Below the pieces are notes generated by a model, which worked only from the letters and a program-made list of their open reading frames with translations, had not been told where the DNA came from and did not search any database. Position numbers and translations under genes: made by a program. Below, piece after piece: positions 1 to 12,480 of a stretch of 64,000 bases of DNA. Within the stretch, counting starts at the first letter, position 1. Each line of letters starts with the position of its first letter. The DNA is from Octopus vulgaris (lineage: Eukaryota), in contig OX597815.1 of NCBI GenBank assembly GCA_951406725.2, positions 147,064,001 through 147,128,000 of the forward strand. Reading direction: 5' to 3'.

Positions 1-753
1 ACACACACGCAGATACACGCGCACAAGCACTCACACACACACAAGGTAGTGCGATTCGAAAAAAATCCTAGTAAGCATGATATATGTACACAGCTAGTGA
101 AGATGACAACAAGCCGAAAATATAAGACAAATGAAGTTTAGTAACTGGCGTATACTATACGCTTCGTTTCATTTAGAAATCGATGAAAATATCAGTAAGC
201 TGACAGTCACATACAACTAACGGTTTAGCGACGAAAATTACAAAACTTGCGAATAAAAATCAAACATTCATTCTTATCCTTGCGACGATGTAAACGGTTC
301 GAAGGTAATGGGGCCTGAGGATTAGCTAAACATCTTTTGTACATGTTACAATTTATGCAACACAAAGTTTGGATACGAAACATACGTAGTCAACACTCAC
401 ATACACGCACACACACACGCATATGTATGGAAAATATATGTACATTTCAGTTGTAAAAGCACTTATGGCACTTAAGTTGGTGCACCTAGTTAGGTCAGAA
501 TAATATACAAAATAACATACACACTGCAATTTGCAAATACTAGCCTTGGTATATATAAGCACCGACAGAATGAAATTCCTGTACTGCTTGCAGAAAATTA
601 GATTCAGCTGAGTATACAATCCGTTCTTGAGCTATCCGGCACGTACACTTTATTAAATGCACAGTCCGTAATAAACTTCGGAGTATGCAAAGGCCACGTT
701 CTGAGATACATGAATAGTACATAAATAATTAACAAATGAAGAACAGGTGACAA

Positions 754-839
754 TCCATTACGGCCGTTTCTAGAGACACCTTTAATTAATTAATGAGTAC
801 ATTTTTATACCTCTAAAGAAGCAGTTGTCTTCAGATGGA
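754..839 (-). ncRNA. Minimal type I hammerhead ribozyme (family A)
   Basis: Minus strand: UCCAU-CUGAAGA-[long stem II closing UAGAG/CUCUA]-GAAA-CGGCCG-UA-AUGGA; stem I UCCAU/AUGGA, palindromic stem III, GUA cleavage triplet. Confidence 0.8.
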
Positions 840-1649
840 ACCTTTACAACGAAGAACATTCCAAATAATTTATCATAGTTTAAAATTTGTTTAAATCCCC
901 GGAGCCAACATTTCCAACCTTATGCTGCTATTTCAGTTGACAGAATGAATTTACCAAAAGGAAGTTTTTAGGTTAGTAGTGTATAAGCGACCTCCAGGGA
1001 CAAAATTATATATATATATACTTTAGTTATAAGCAGCTGACGCGTTTGTATTATGTCGTGTAGAAGATATATTGTGGCGATTTTTCTTGCTCCTTAATTT
1101 AATGTGTAAACTTCAAACTGACATCTTCTTAACGTGTCGGTATTCCATAGCAAGCTTTTAGTGTAGTTTATTCCCATTAGATATTTTATCGTTTCAAGAA
1201 CCCATTTACATAGTTCTCAGCGAACTGGATTATTTCCAGATTTTGTTGCAGTTTTAAGTTGAAGTATTCAATATGCCTTAGGGAGACATTGTGACACCTG
1301 CTACTTCATAGCTATTCTAATATTTTTCAAACCGGCAAATTGAGTAAGGTAATTGCCGAACTGGCTATGTTGCTTCATTGTTATATTTCCCAAACATATT
1401 AGTGCTAAAATCTGTTAATACAGATTTTAGACCACAGTCTCCCTTAATATATGAGAAATACACTTTGTCTATATCTCCAAGCATATTGAAGTTTCCAATC
1501 ACACTAAGATATTGATGCAACAATTAGAGGACATGTACGTATAGACACATACGTGTGGTGTACATCCACACAGCCACATACACAGATACGCATGTATATA
1601 TGTGTATAAATATATAAATGGGTGTCTGTGTGCTTGTGTGTGTGTTTTT

Positions 1650-1975
1650 GGCAGGAGGCTCAGTACTTAGAACGTCGGGTTTACAATCACAAGGTACGAG
1701 TTCGTTTGCTGGACCGGGCTGTGTTGTGTTCTTGAGCAAGACACTTTATATCACGTTGCTCCAGTTCACTCAACTGCAGAAACGAGTTTTGAGGTCCCTG
1801 GTGCCGAGCTGTATCGACCTATGCTTTTTCCTTGGATAACATCAGTGACATGGAGAATGGAGCCTGGTGTGCATGAGCAACTGCTGGTCTTCCATACAGA
1901 ACCTTGCCTAGACTTGTGCCTCGGAAGGTGTCTGTCTAGCTACAACTCCATGGTCATCCGTAATCAACGTGGCTC
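1650..1975 (+). mobile_element. Decayed tRNA-derived SINE
   Basis: A/B-box-like head (ggctcagtacttag...gagttcgtttgc) and core ttgagcaagacactttatatcacgttgctccag shared with 5192-5512. Confidence 0.7.
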
Positions 1976-2256
1976 TCTCACTTTCTCTCTCTTTCTCTCT
2001 CTCTCTCAGTATATATATATATATATATATATATAAGTATAAACAAAATGAGCACTTCGTTTAGGCTCAAAATTTCGGCTGTTTCGGCTTGTCGAGTCAC
2101 ATGTCGAACCACCGGTCTCCCAGAAGGCCTTCCGCCAATGATCTGGTTGTTTTGAACACACATGTTGTAAAGAGGAATATTTACTCTCCTACGATGTACA
2201 CTACAGCGACCTGCATATTTTGCCCAGACATGTTGCATTCAAATATGCAAGTAACC

Positions 2257-2299
<43 letters not shown>

Positions 2300-2307
<8 letters not shown>

Positions 2308-3244
2308 AAAGGGCTTAGTAAAATAAATTACTTTGCCACATACTGAACTCATTAGAAATAGCAGCTAAAAAAATTTTTTTTAAACTATTTCTAATACTTA
2401 AAGAAAATCTCTCTCATATAGTGTTTGCTCAAGTCAACTCACGAAGGTATGGGGGTAAAGACATTAAAAAATCACAAATGCAAAGGTTATTTGAGAACGT
2501 ACGTTTCTAGATTAGTCAAATCGACATTTCTTTCGTCAGCTCAGAACTCCTTGATTCGGATTTGGGAACACTGAAAGTGGGAGCATACCCTTTTGGCTTA
2601 TTATCACTTCTGAAGATCTGCTCGAACTATCAGTGCTCGCAAATTCAAAATATGCAAGCGAAGAATCTCTGCTCTTCCCTTTCCACCACCGTGGGTTAAA
2701 ATTAGTAAACACTATGTTTTATCGGTAAAAACCGAAGCATTAAATAGAGAGAGATGAATTATAATTTCAACAATTGAGGGTAAAATTAATTAATTATTAA
2801 TCAATTTCACCAAGTATTCAGTATGCAAAGGGACCATTTAAGGCGAATTCAAATTATTACATTATATAAAAGGGCTTAGTAAAATAAATTACTTTGCCAC
2901 ATACTGAACTCATTAGAAATAGCAGCTAAAAAAATTTTTTTAAAACTATTTCTAATACTTAAAGAAAATCTCTCTCATATAGTGTTTGCTCAAGTCAACT
3001 CACGAAGGTATGGGGGTAAAGACATTAAAAAATCACAAATGCAAAGGTTTAAGTATTAGAAATAGTTTTAAAAAAAAATTTTTTAGCTGCTATTTCTAAT
3101 GAGTTCAGTATGTGGCAAAGTAATTTATTTTACTAAGCCCTTTTATATAATGTAATAATTTGAATTCGCCTTAAATGGTCCCTTTGCATACTGAATACTT
3201 GGTGAAATTGATTAATAATTAATTAATTTTACCCTCAATTGTTG

Positions 3245-3252
<8 letters not shown>
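2300..3252 (-). mobile_element. Non-coding Penelope-pLTR/retrozyme-like element (family B): 561-bp unit x1.33 plus inverted segment, inside (TA)n
   Basis: Direct repeat 2301-2488/2862-3049 (period 561); 3048-3252 is the reverse complement of 2760-2963; (TA)n on both sides; carries a hammerhead. Confidence 0.85.
2492..2543 (-). ncRNA. Minimal type I hammerhead ribozyme (family B)
   Basis: Minus: UGAG-CUGACGA-[stem II with GUC/GAC]-GAAA-CGUACG-UU-CUCA. Confidence 0.85.
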
Positions 3253-3301
<49 letters not shown>

Positions 3302-5191
3302 GATTGATTACAACTTAAAAGATATTTCACTTTCATGCCCTTTAGAAAATGTAGTCACTTTGACTTTGATGAATTGATGTCGTTAGATAATGTGCAATGA
3401 CCATTAGATATTCCAGTCCTGAACCGTAATGCTCTCCTCTTGCTGCGTCGGAAGTGGTGGTCATAAAACTGCTCATATCCTGCTGGTTTGAAGCTTAGCT
3501 CCTCTCTCTTTGAATCTCACATTCTAGTCGCATCTGCCTTTCTGTCTCTTCCTAACACTGCAATGGCTCTCTAGACGTTCTCCAGCCTGACTGGACACAG
3601 AATCTTCTGCAACCAAATATCCAGACATGCAACTTCTTCTTGCAACAAAGCAGAGCTTTCTAGTATTCAGCATTTTCTAATAATTAGTAGGAGACAATGA
3701 TGTCTGAATATATATCTTTTTATTTTACCGTACATATCTGATGCAGACATTATAATTAACGGAAAAGCGAGTTTAAAAAAGACAGGGCATATTAGAAGGG
3801 GTAAAGAAAAGTGTTTCGATTATACGGTCACGGTATGGGGAGTGAGTGCCAAGGAAGTAAACTGTGAGGAGTAATGTGAAACTTGGATGGCAAGGAGGGA
3901 GCAACTGTGAACGTGGTATACATGTGTCAGCAAGTGCTGCCTGTATGTTCGCATACATGTTTGAGTGTGTGTTTGTGTGTGTCTGCATGTCTGTGTGTAT
4001 GAACCTATAACGTGCGTGTATATTGTGTTTCTGCGTGTGTATATAACTGAGTGTCTCCGTTTTGTTTTCCTCTGTGTAGAGGCTATCCGATATTATGTAA
4101 GTACAAGGGCATTTGTGTATATGAAGTTATAGTGTGCGTCTGTACCATATGTGTTTGTACGTGTGTAAATGTGCGTAAGCGCTCGTGTCTGTTTGTGTGT
4201 GTGTGTGTGTGTGTGTGCGTGGTGTGCTGTTTTCTGTTTGTGCATGTGAGTATGAGGCAATTATCATATACTAAATTTCTAGAAAATATTTTCACAGTGT
4301 CAGTAATAGATTGGAGGGGTAATTTTATTATGAGTCTTTCTTGTTTGAATAACCTAGTGTTTCAAGGCAGTTAGAACATACCATCCATAGTTTTTCATAT
4401 CATGAGTAATCATACTTTCCACGACAATGCCGCTTCATATATCAGCATCCAGTATTATTCTTTCTAACAACAGCATTGTGCAGAGAACTTATGTCCTTCA
4501 CATGATACCCCATAGATAGAAAATAACGGAATGATACGTTGGGGCTGCTAAATATGATGCGAGTGACATCCTCAATGTTATTTTCACTACCAAGGTGGTG
4601 TTCCAGCACAACCACGGTCCAATGACTGAAACAAGTAAAAGGATAAAAATATATGTATACTGAGTTCTTTCGTGAACCAGGAATTTGTTGTTATTTGCTG
4701 TTCATGTATTGCAATGGTATACAATCTAAGGTGAGAACTATCTCGTTTGCTGGGTCAAGATAAATTATTCTTGTTATCAATGTAACCATCTACGAGTTTC
4801 TGTTGATAGGCATACAGTTTTTCCTCTGATGACCTGTTTTGGAAGCTCTTTTCCGTGTGGATCCGCGGCCTATCAGTCAAAACATATTCTCTTAGGAACT
4901 TCTTTCAAACCTCGTACTGTTATCTGATTCATGGACGCAACTTTAGCTATAGATACACTTTAACAATTGAAGATTAGCAGGTGGTGTTAAAGGGAAATGA
5001 AGGGATATCCAAAGATTGTTTCAATCGATGTTTAACCTCTGATACTTTGCTATCATTGTATCTATGTATGTATGTATGTGTGTATGTATGTATGTATGTA
5101 TGTATGTATGTATGTATGTATGTATGTATGTATGTATGTATGTATGTATGTATGTATGTATGTGTGAGTGTGTGTGTGTGTGTGTGTGTGA

Positions 5192-5512
5192 AGGCTCGTG
5201 GCTTAGTCGTTAGGGTAATCGTCTCACGATCGTAAATTCGTGAGTTCAATTACTGGAGGCGCGTTGTGTACTTGAACAAGACACTTTATTTCACGTTGCT
5301 CCAGTCCACTCAGCAAGTAAAAAGGTGTTGTGCCTGTAATTCAGAGGGTCGGACTTACCACATTCTGTGTCATGCTGAATATCCGTGAGAACTACGTTAA
5401 AGTTAAGCGTGTCTGAGGAGTGCTTAACCATTTTCATTTTAATTTCACAAGCAAACTCCTCCGTCGATCGGATAAACCGGAACTCTCGTCATCGTAACTG
5501 ACGGAGTACCAT
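5192..5512 (+). mobile_element. tRNA-derived SINE
   Basis: tggcttagtcgttagg A box, gagttcaattac B-box-like motif, core aagacactttatttcacgttgctccagtccactcagc; follows (CA)n. Confidence 0.75.
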
Positions 5513-6831
5513 TTCTTTTCTATGTATGTATGTGCGTAATTATGCGTCTATGAGTGTATTTATGTATGTTATGCCAGGTCAATCATATAGATACTGGTAA
5601 CATGCAATCCGCTGCAAGTCGCTTAGTTGGGCAGTCGATGACTTAACCAGCTACCCTTCCAAGCTTGGATTTTAAGAAGGGTGGCTAACGTTAGGATGAA
5701 AAATAAACATTGTCAAAGGGCGGATAACCTCACCGAGTCAACGGTCATCCAACACATGGGTGTGAGAGACTCTAAATCTTTGTTTAGACATCTTATTCGA
5801 GAAGAACTCTCATGTAATACCTGTGACATTACTTGAAGCCAGTGTTGTAAAAGAGTTCTCTCTGGGCAAATTTATACATTGTCTACAATGTGGGACCAGC
5901 TCTATGCAAGGCCTTCCCTCATTTTAAAAAGCTTCATGCGTACAGTCATTGCTTGAATTTTAACATCGCTATTATGTTACATGCTATGGCTGGCCATAGC
6001 TGAAAGAGACCAAATACTCAAGGAAAAATTCCATTGTGGAATGTTTGCATGTGTCATTGTGGGTGGTAACTTGCTGAACACAACTTGCAAGAGATGTTGG
6101 TTGTTGTCACATCTGTACCGCAGAGTGTAGGTTCCTGGAAGGACTGAAATGCCGTATCTGTGCTGCTTTAAGAGATCAATCAAGCGATGATCTGTAGCTA
6201 GCAAAACAACGAAAGCTATATTCTTATAGTTCCGTTAACAGATTGTGTTTGTTATATGTACGTTAAGTTGACTTTTCTTTTCTGAAGATCCTAGCTTTTC
6301 CAAAATGCCACTTAGGTATTTATTAACATAGTTATGTGCACAATTTGCTCTTAGTAAAATGTGAATATATAATCTGGGTATAGATGCTGCAAGTCTCGAA
6401 GTAGTTGTCCTTAGATAACTTTTTTCTCTTTGATGTATATATGAGCAAATTAATATAGCATGTTCAAGTTTGTCTTTAAAAATTGGCTTTGCAGTCATGA
6501 AACCCAGCGTTTATCCGGTTGCGTAATATCTTGTGCCAGTACCTTTTAACATAAACCTCGAGTAGACCCAAGCCTTCTCAATAAAATTTTTGGGATGGAA
6601 AAGGAATTGAAACCAGTCGGATGGGTTTGTATCTGTAACACAATAATGACCTTTATCATACGCAGTATTGGTATGGTCCCTGTAAAATGATTCCATTAGG
6701 GGTACACATATGCGTACAATACACAAACACTGAGACGATATTTCACTGAGTATTTCACCTGATGAAACAACTGAACATGTATCGTGGAAGCAAACGGATA
6801 TTCACTTACGTGCGTGTGTGTGTGTGGTATT

Positions 6832-6884
<53 letters not shown>

Positions 6885-6885
<1 letters not shown>

Positions 6886-7638
6886 CGGTGGTGACTCCGG
6901 CACTCGAGCCGTTAGAATTAGCCCGAATATAAATTTTATAAAGTGAACGTGTATTTAAAAGCTGATTTACTTTTCGGACTTCAAGTGTGCAATTTCAGCC
7001 AATACCTCGGGCTCCTTTTATTGAGACTGGTCGCAATTTATTTATTTTCATTCGGTATATGGGAGTCGACTTAGAGGTGACCATGTCAAGAAATATTATT
7101 CGTAGAAGATGTTCTCTCGACATCGTTCACGCTCGCCTGACTCGGACTCAGAAGTTACAGCCCGAGTTGTTATCTATAATTGTAACAATTAAAAGTAATT
7201 CAAATTCAATATTTTCTTGAAATAATAAATTTCTATAGAAATTAGGATTTAAATTCCAATCTATAAAAAGTTTCCGTTCTACAATATTCTTAAAGGAACG
7301 AAAAATTAACCAGTAATTCGGGCTAAAGCGAACGAGCCTGATAGGTATAAAACACTAACTGTTATCTCTTGTTAAGAGTACAGGCGACAGTCAGAATGAT
7401 GATGTTTGTGATTGCCGTTATTCTGTGCGTATGTGTGTAAAGATCAGTTGTGTTTTGCAGGGTTGCTTTATTTTTACCATTAACATAGAAATGGAGAAAT
7501 TCATTGAGCTAGATTTTAAAAATAAGCCATTTGGGCCTAGAAATATTGCGGAAAAACGTGAAATTCATCGAGCAGGCATGTGTGTTATGCGAAATCTGTG
7601 ATGAGCTCGAGTGATGCTGGTGACCTGGAGTCGCCTCT

Positions 7639-7640
<2 letters not shown>
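6885..7640. mobile_element. Decayed MITE-like DNA element in (TA)n
   Basis: Imperfect terminal inverted repeats: left tcggtggtgactccgg..cactcgagc, right (reverse complement) ccagaggcgactccagg..cactcgagc; TA tracts on both sides; no ORF. Confidence 0.55.
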
Positions 7641-7680
<40 letters not shown>

Positions 7681-7684
<4 letters not shown>

Positions 7685-7885
7685 GTGTAGAAAGAAATGG
7701 AGCTGAAAGAAGATTTAACAAAATTCCTTTTTATTATTTTCTACATATGTTTCAAAGGCTGCAAAGTCCCTAATTCGGATTGAATAAGGAGACCATTTTG
7801 CAGCCTTCTTTTCAGGAAAATCCAGGAACTTAATTCTCCAACAAAATGCACATCAAACTTTTCGACAAACGCTCGCGAGGAGCCC
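7681..7885 (-). mobile_element. Short hammerhead-bearing insert in (TA)n (family C)
   Basis: About 205 bp between TA tracts, containing the HHR at 7736-7821. Confidence 0.7.
7736..7821 (-). ncRNA. Type I hammerhead ribozyme, variant core (family C)
   Basis: Minus: AUUUUC-CUGAAAAG-[stem II AAGGCUGCAAA/UUUGCAGCCUU]-GAAA-CAUAUG-UA-GAAAAU; CUGANGA box is non-canonical. Confidence 0.75.
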
Positions 7886-8156
7886 ATATATATATAAGTT
7901 GCAATATATGGATTCAACTAATCCGGTGGTACTCATGTAAAGACCTCCTTAATGCATCGTTCAACAAGACCTACAATATATATTATGATACAGGAGGGAA
8001 ACATTACGAATATATAAAATTATAAATAACGAAATATAATATAACATGTTTGCCATTACCTCTTTATTTATAATTACTCACACGCATATACATATATGTA
8101 TATGCATAATCTATGCATATATATGAACACATATACGCACATACAATATATAATGT

Positions 8157-8199
<43 letters not shown>

Positions 8200-8437
8200 T
8201 AAGGGTAGAAATTGATATTTATCAATTAAGACCAGTGGTCTAGCATATTAAAAAAGAATCCGAAGATTAAAATATTTATATATACCAATTAAGGACTGAA
8301 CACGAAAAGTGGACAGTCAACATGCTAGATATAGACGTCAAATCGCCATTCACCACAAAAGATTATGTTCTCAGATCAAACTGAACACAAAACCATAGCA
8401 ATAAACAAGTGAAAAATATACGAAATAAAATAATTAC

Positions 8438-8502
8438 CCATGTACTAACTTAGTATCAGCTGTTATTTTCCGCAAGGAAAACTGCAGCCATCATCAGCAT
8501 GG
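8438..8502 (-). ncRNA. Hammerhead ribozyme, family D copy 1 (GAAA>GAUA mutant)
   Basis: Same as copy 2 except plus-strand tagtatcag versus tagtttcag. Confidence 0.8.
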
Positions 8503-8944
8503 TCCGTTATAAATGTAATTTGCTGGACTAGATGCAAACACGATACCGAAATATCGCGTGCATGGAGTTCAGCCTATTACATTTGAATATATCTTTCAAA
8601 TGCCTTTACTTTGGCGCGTTGAAACCCGAGAAAACTAGCCTGCAGCTAATAATTAGCAGCAGTTAATTTATCGGTTAGAGAACATATTTATTTATATAAA
8701 ATTAATTAAGGGTAGAAATTGATATTTATCAATTAAGACCAGTGGTCTAGCATATTAAAAAAGAATCCGAAGATTAAAATATTTATATATACCAATTAAG
8801 GACTGAACACGAAAAGTGGACAGTCAACATGCTAGATATAGACGTCAAATCGCCATTCACCACAAAAGATTATGTTCTCAGATCCAACTCAACACAAAAC
8901 CATAGCAATAAACAAGTGAAAAATATACGAAATAAAATAATTAC

Positions 8945-9009
8945 CCATGTACTAACTTAGTTTCAGCTGTTATTTTCCGCAAGGAAAACTGCAGCCATCA
9001 TCAGCATGG
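8945..9009 (-). ncRNA. Hammerhead ribozyme, family D copy 2 (intact core)
   Basis: Minus: CCAUG-CUGAUGA-[GGCUG..UUUUCC UUGC GGAAAA..CAGCU]-GAAA-CUAAGUUAG-UA-CAUGG. Confidence 0.9.
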
Positions 9010-9451
9010 TCCGTTATAAATGTAATTTGCTGGACTAGATGCAAACACGATACCGAAATATCGCATGCATGGAGTTCAGCCTATTACATTTGAATATATC
9101 TTTCAAATGCCTTTACTTTGGCGCGTTGAAACCCGAGAAAACTAGCCTGCAGCTAATAATTAGCAGCAGTTAATTTATCGGTTAGAGAACATATTTATTT
9201 ATATAAAATTAATTAAGGGTAGAAATTGATATTTATCAATTAAGACCAGTGGTCTAGCATATTAAAAAAGAATCCGAAGATTAAAATATTTATATATACC
9301 AATTAAGGACTGAACACGAAAAGTGGACAGTCAACATGCTAGATATAGACGTCAAATCGCCATTCACCACAATGTAATAGGCTGAACTCCATGCACGCGA
9401 TATTTCGGTATCGTGTTTGCATCTAGTCCAGCAAATTACATTTATAACGGA

Positions 9452-9516
9452 CCATGCTGATGATGGCTGCAGTTTTCCTTGCGGAAAATAACAGCTGAAA
9501 CTAAGTTAGTACATGG
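9452..9516 (+). ncRNA. Hammerhead ribozyme, family D inverted copy (intact core)
   Basis: ccatg ctgatga tggctgcagttttccttgcggaaaataacagct gaaa ctaagttag ta catgg. Confidence 0.9.
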
Positions 9517-9697
9517 GTAATTATTTTATTTCGTATATTTTTCACTTGTTTATTGCTATGGTTTTGTGTTGAGTTTGATCTGAGAACATAATCTTTTGTG
9601 GTGAATGGCGATTTGACGTCTATATCTAGCATGTTGACTGTCCACTTTTCGTGTTCAGTCCTTAATTGGTATATATATATATATATATATATATATA

Positions 9698-10025
9698 GGT
9701 GTAGGCGTGGTGGCTGTATGGTAAGAAACTTGCCTTCCCAAACATATGGTTCCAATGTCTTCTAGCCCTACCGACCAAAGCCGTGTGAGTGGATTTGCAT
9801 GTGTGTGCGTGTATATGCGTGTATGTGTTTTTGTCCCCCACAACCGTCCGATAACCGGTGATGATGAATTTACGCCCGCGTAACTTAGCAGTTCAGCAAA
9901 AGTAGTCTATGGAATAACTATCAAGACTTTAAAGAAATAAATACTGGGGTTAATTCATTCGTCTAAAAATTCTTCAAAGCGGTGCCCTCGCATCTCCACT
10001 GTCTGTTATCTTAAATAAGTAAAAG
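9698..10025 (+). mobile_element. Decayed tRNA-derived SINE (main family)
   Basis: Homologous to 10189-10567 with an internal deletion; tail ggcggtgccctcgcat. Confidence 0.75.
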
Positions 10026-10141
10026 ACTATAATATATACATACATACACACATACATACATACATACATACATACATACATACGTACATACATACATACA
10101 TACGTACATACATACATACTTACATACATACATACATATAC

Positions 10142-10175
<34 letters not shown>

Positions 10176-10188
10176 TTATATATATATA

Positions 10189-10567
10189 GGCGCAGGAGTG
10201 GCTGTGTGGTAAGTAGCTTGTCTACCAACCACATGGTTCCGGGTTCAGTCCCACTGCGTGGCACCTTGGGCAAGTGTCTTCTACTATAGCCTCGGGCCGA
10301 CCAAAGCCTTGTGAGTGGATTTGGTAGACGGAAACTGAAAGAAGCCCGTCGTATATATGTATATATATATATGCGTGTGTGTGTTTGAGTGTCTGTGTTT
10401 GTCCCCCTAACATTGCTTGACAACCGATGCAAAAGAGACCGATAGAATAAGTACTGGGCTTACAAAAGAATAAGTCCCGGGGTCGAGTTGCTCGATTAAA
10501 GGCGGTGCTCCAGCATGGCCGCAGTCAAATGACAGAAACAGGTAAAAAGAGTAAAAAGAGTAAAGAG
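10189..10567 (+). mobile_element. tRNA-derived SINE (main family, well preserved)
   Basis: A box tggctgtgtggtaag, B box ggttcagtccc, internal (TA)/(TG) tract, tail ggcggtgctccagcatggccgcag..gaaac then (taaaaga)n. Confidence 0.9.
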
Positions 10568-10868
10568 TATATATATATATATATGTATGTATGTATGTAT
10601 ATATCATTATTACTTACCATAGCTTTACTGATCTGTTGGATTGTGTACGTGTGTTTTGCTATGGTCTCGCATACATACATAATTTCTCTTTTTCGCGTGA
10701 GTGCAGTGAGTGAGTGAACGATTATTACGACGGCATATGGCAGCAGCGAATGTATATACTCTCTTGCTTGTATCTGTGGTTTCATGCGTGTGTGCACGTG
10801 GGTGCGTATTCGCAGATTGTGTCTATGTTCGCCAGTGTGAATGTCAAAGTGTGCAGTGAATTTATCTG

Positions 10869-10936
<68 letters not shown>

Positions 10937-12219
10937 TTACGAATTGGCTAAAGCAGTGTAAACAGATCCCTTTTATATCTTCCTTATATTGCAGATGATA
11001 AAATGAGAAATCCTTTCCTTTGAAATGTTGCTAGATTTTACCAATTTTGTGCCACTTCCAATAGAAATTAATAATACCAAAACTCCTTCTCTCTCTCTAT
11101 CTCTCTCTCCTACTTCCATCTCTGCGTTTTTAATTCATTTTTTCTCTCCTTGTTCTATTGCATGTATCTCTTCCACTCTTACATCACTTTCTCTTTCATT
11201 CACTATCTATATATCGACTAATCTCTCTCTTCCTGCCTATCTTTCTCTCTCTGACTTCCTGCCTCTCTACTTGGTTCTCTCTTTTAATAATACGCCTCTA
11301 CCCCCTCCCTCTCTCTTTTTCCTGTTCTCTCTCTCTCTCTCTCACTTTCTGTCTGCCTGCTTTGCTATCTGTTTGCTAGTATTACGCATTCTCTCTATAT
11401 TTCACTACCACCGACGTCCCCTGCTTTCGCTTTCTCTCTACTTAAATGTCTGGCGTACAAACCCCTTTCTCCTTAACGTACTTCCTCTCTCATTAATCAG
11501 CCAGTCCCTTTTCACCCTTCTGTTTCTCCCCCATTTTTAATCATTCAATCATGTCCTCCTGCCAATCTCTCCTTTCTTCTGTTTGCCAATCTACCTGTCT
11601 CTATTTTCTATTCCTTTTCTATTTACGTTCCTGTCTGTGTATCTGTTCACTATATTTGCATACACACTACATTTGCTTATCTTTTTATAACTGTCCATGT
11701 CACTCTCTCATTGATTTGATTCTGTCTCTCCCGTCATCTCTCATTTTGTTATTGTCTGTTGTCCGTCCCTTCATTTGTTTTTCTGTCTGTCTTTTCATTC
11801 ATGTAATCTCTCATTTTCGTTCAATTTTGTTCTTAACTTCGTCTCGGTAATAATCGCTTCCCGCAAAATAACATGTCTCGCTATCACATTATCCTTAAGT
11901 GGTTTTGTGTCACAATGCCCGATGAGCTAAAAGAAGCAGCGAGAGAGTCCTTTAAGCCACATCTTGCTGTCTTTAAAATGATACCTAAGACTATATTAGA
12001 TAATGTAGTAAGAACCAGCTTCTGTAAAATAGAAGGAATAAAAAACTATGATCATTCTTGAAATGCTGTGGTTAAGTCAGGGCTGATTTGGGGCTACACG
12101 ACTATAAAAAAAAAAAGGTACCAGGCTTTAAAAAGAATCAGCACTGGGTTTGACTCATTCGACTAAAAATTCTCCAAGGCGGTGACCCAGCATGGCCAGA
12201 TGTCCGCTATCTATTTTGT

Positions 12220-12480
12220 GAAACGAATTCTGAATCTCCTACAACACTTCTGGACGGTCTGCTTGTTTAAGTTGGTGAATGTTGCCATAATCCTTGCCTT
12301 CAGTTCATCTTTGGTGTTACATGGAGTTTTCTTGGTCTCTCGCTCAGTTGCGCTCCGCACATAATAATCAAGGGCGTTTCACTCTGAGGAGTAAGGTGGC
12401 CAGATCTTAGGGGTGATGTGGTCGCAGAAATTGTCTGACAGTCATGACTGGGCTCTCCTACTTGCGTGGTATGGTACATA
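12220..12480 (-). pseudogene. Tc1/mariner-superfamily (maT/DD37D-like) transposase C-terminal relic
   Basis: Minus translation DNFCDHITPKIWPPYSSE*NALDYYV..TERETKKTPCNTKDELKARIMATFTNLNKQTVQKCCRRFRIR resembles the WPPxSPDLNPLDY motif. Confidence 0.75.

Larger units (their letters stand above)
8191..9670 (-). mobile_element. Non-coding tandem retrozyme/pLTR-like element (family D): 507-bp unit x2.33 plus about 300-bp inverted copy, inside (TA)n
   Basis: Unit starts at 8191, 8698, 9205; 9371-9670 is the reverse complement of about 8283-8583; one HHR per full unit and one in the inverted arm. Confidence 0.9.

Noticed and set aside
885-925. Possible GIY-YIG C-terminus (IRLEMLAPG..LN) upstream of the family A HHR
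   Set aside because: Very short, needs a frameshift and is flanked by stops
2604-2635. ctgaaga..gaac motif on the plus strand
   Set aside because: No stem II and GAAA absent
4822-4860. ctgatga..ggaagc
   Set aside because: No stem I or III and no GAAA
5977-6726. Three consecutive minus-strand ORFs as a transposase relic
   Set aside because: No catalytic motif that I recognise
8191-9372. CRISPR-like or satellite array
   Set aside because: Units are 507 bp with no unique spacers; eukaryotic context
11025-11850. Hydrophobic 171-aa and 99-aa ORFs
   Set aside because: CT-rich low-complexity sequence with no domain signal
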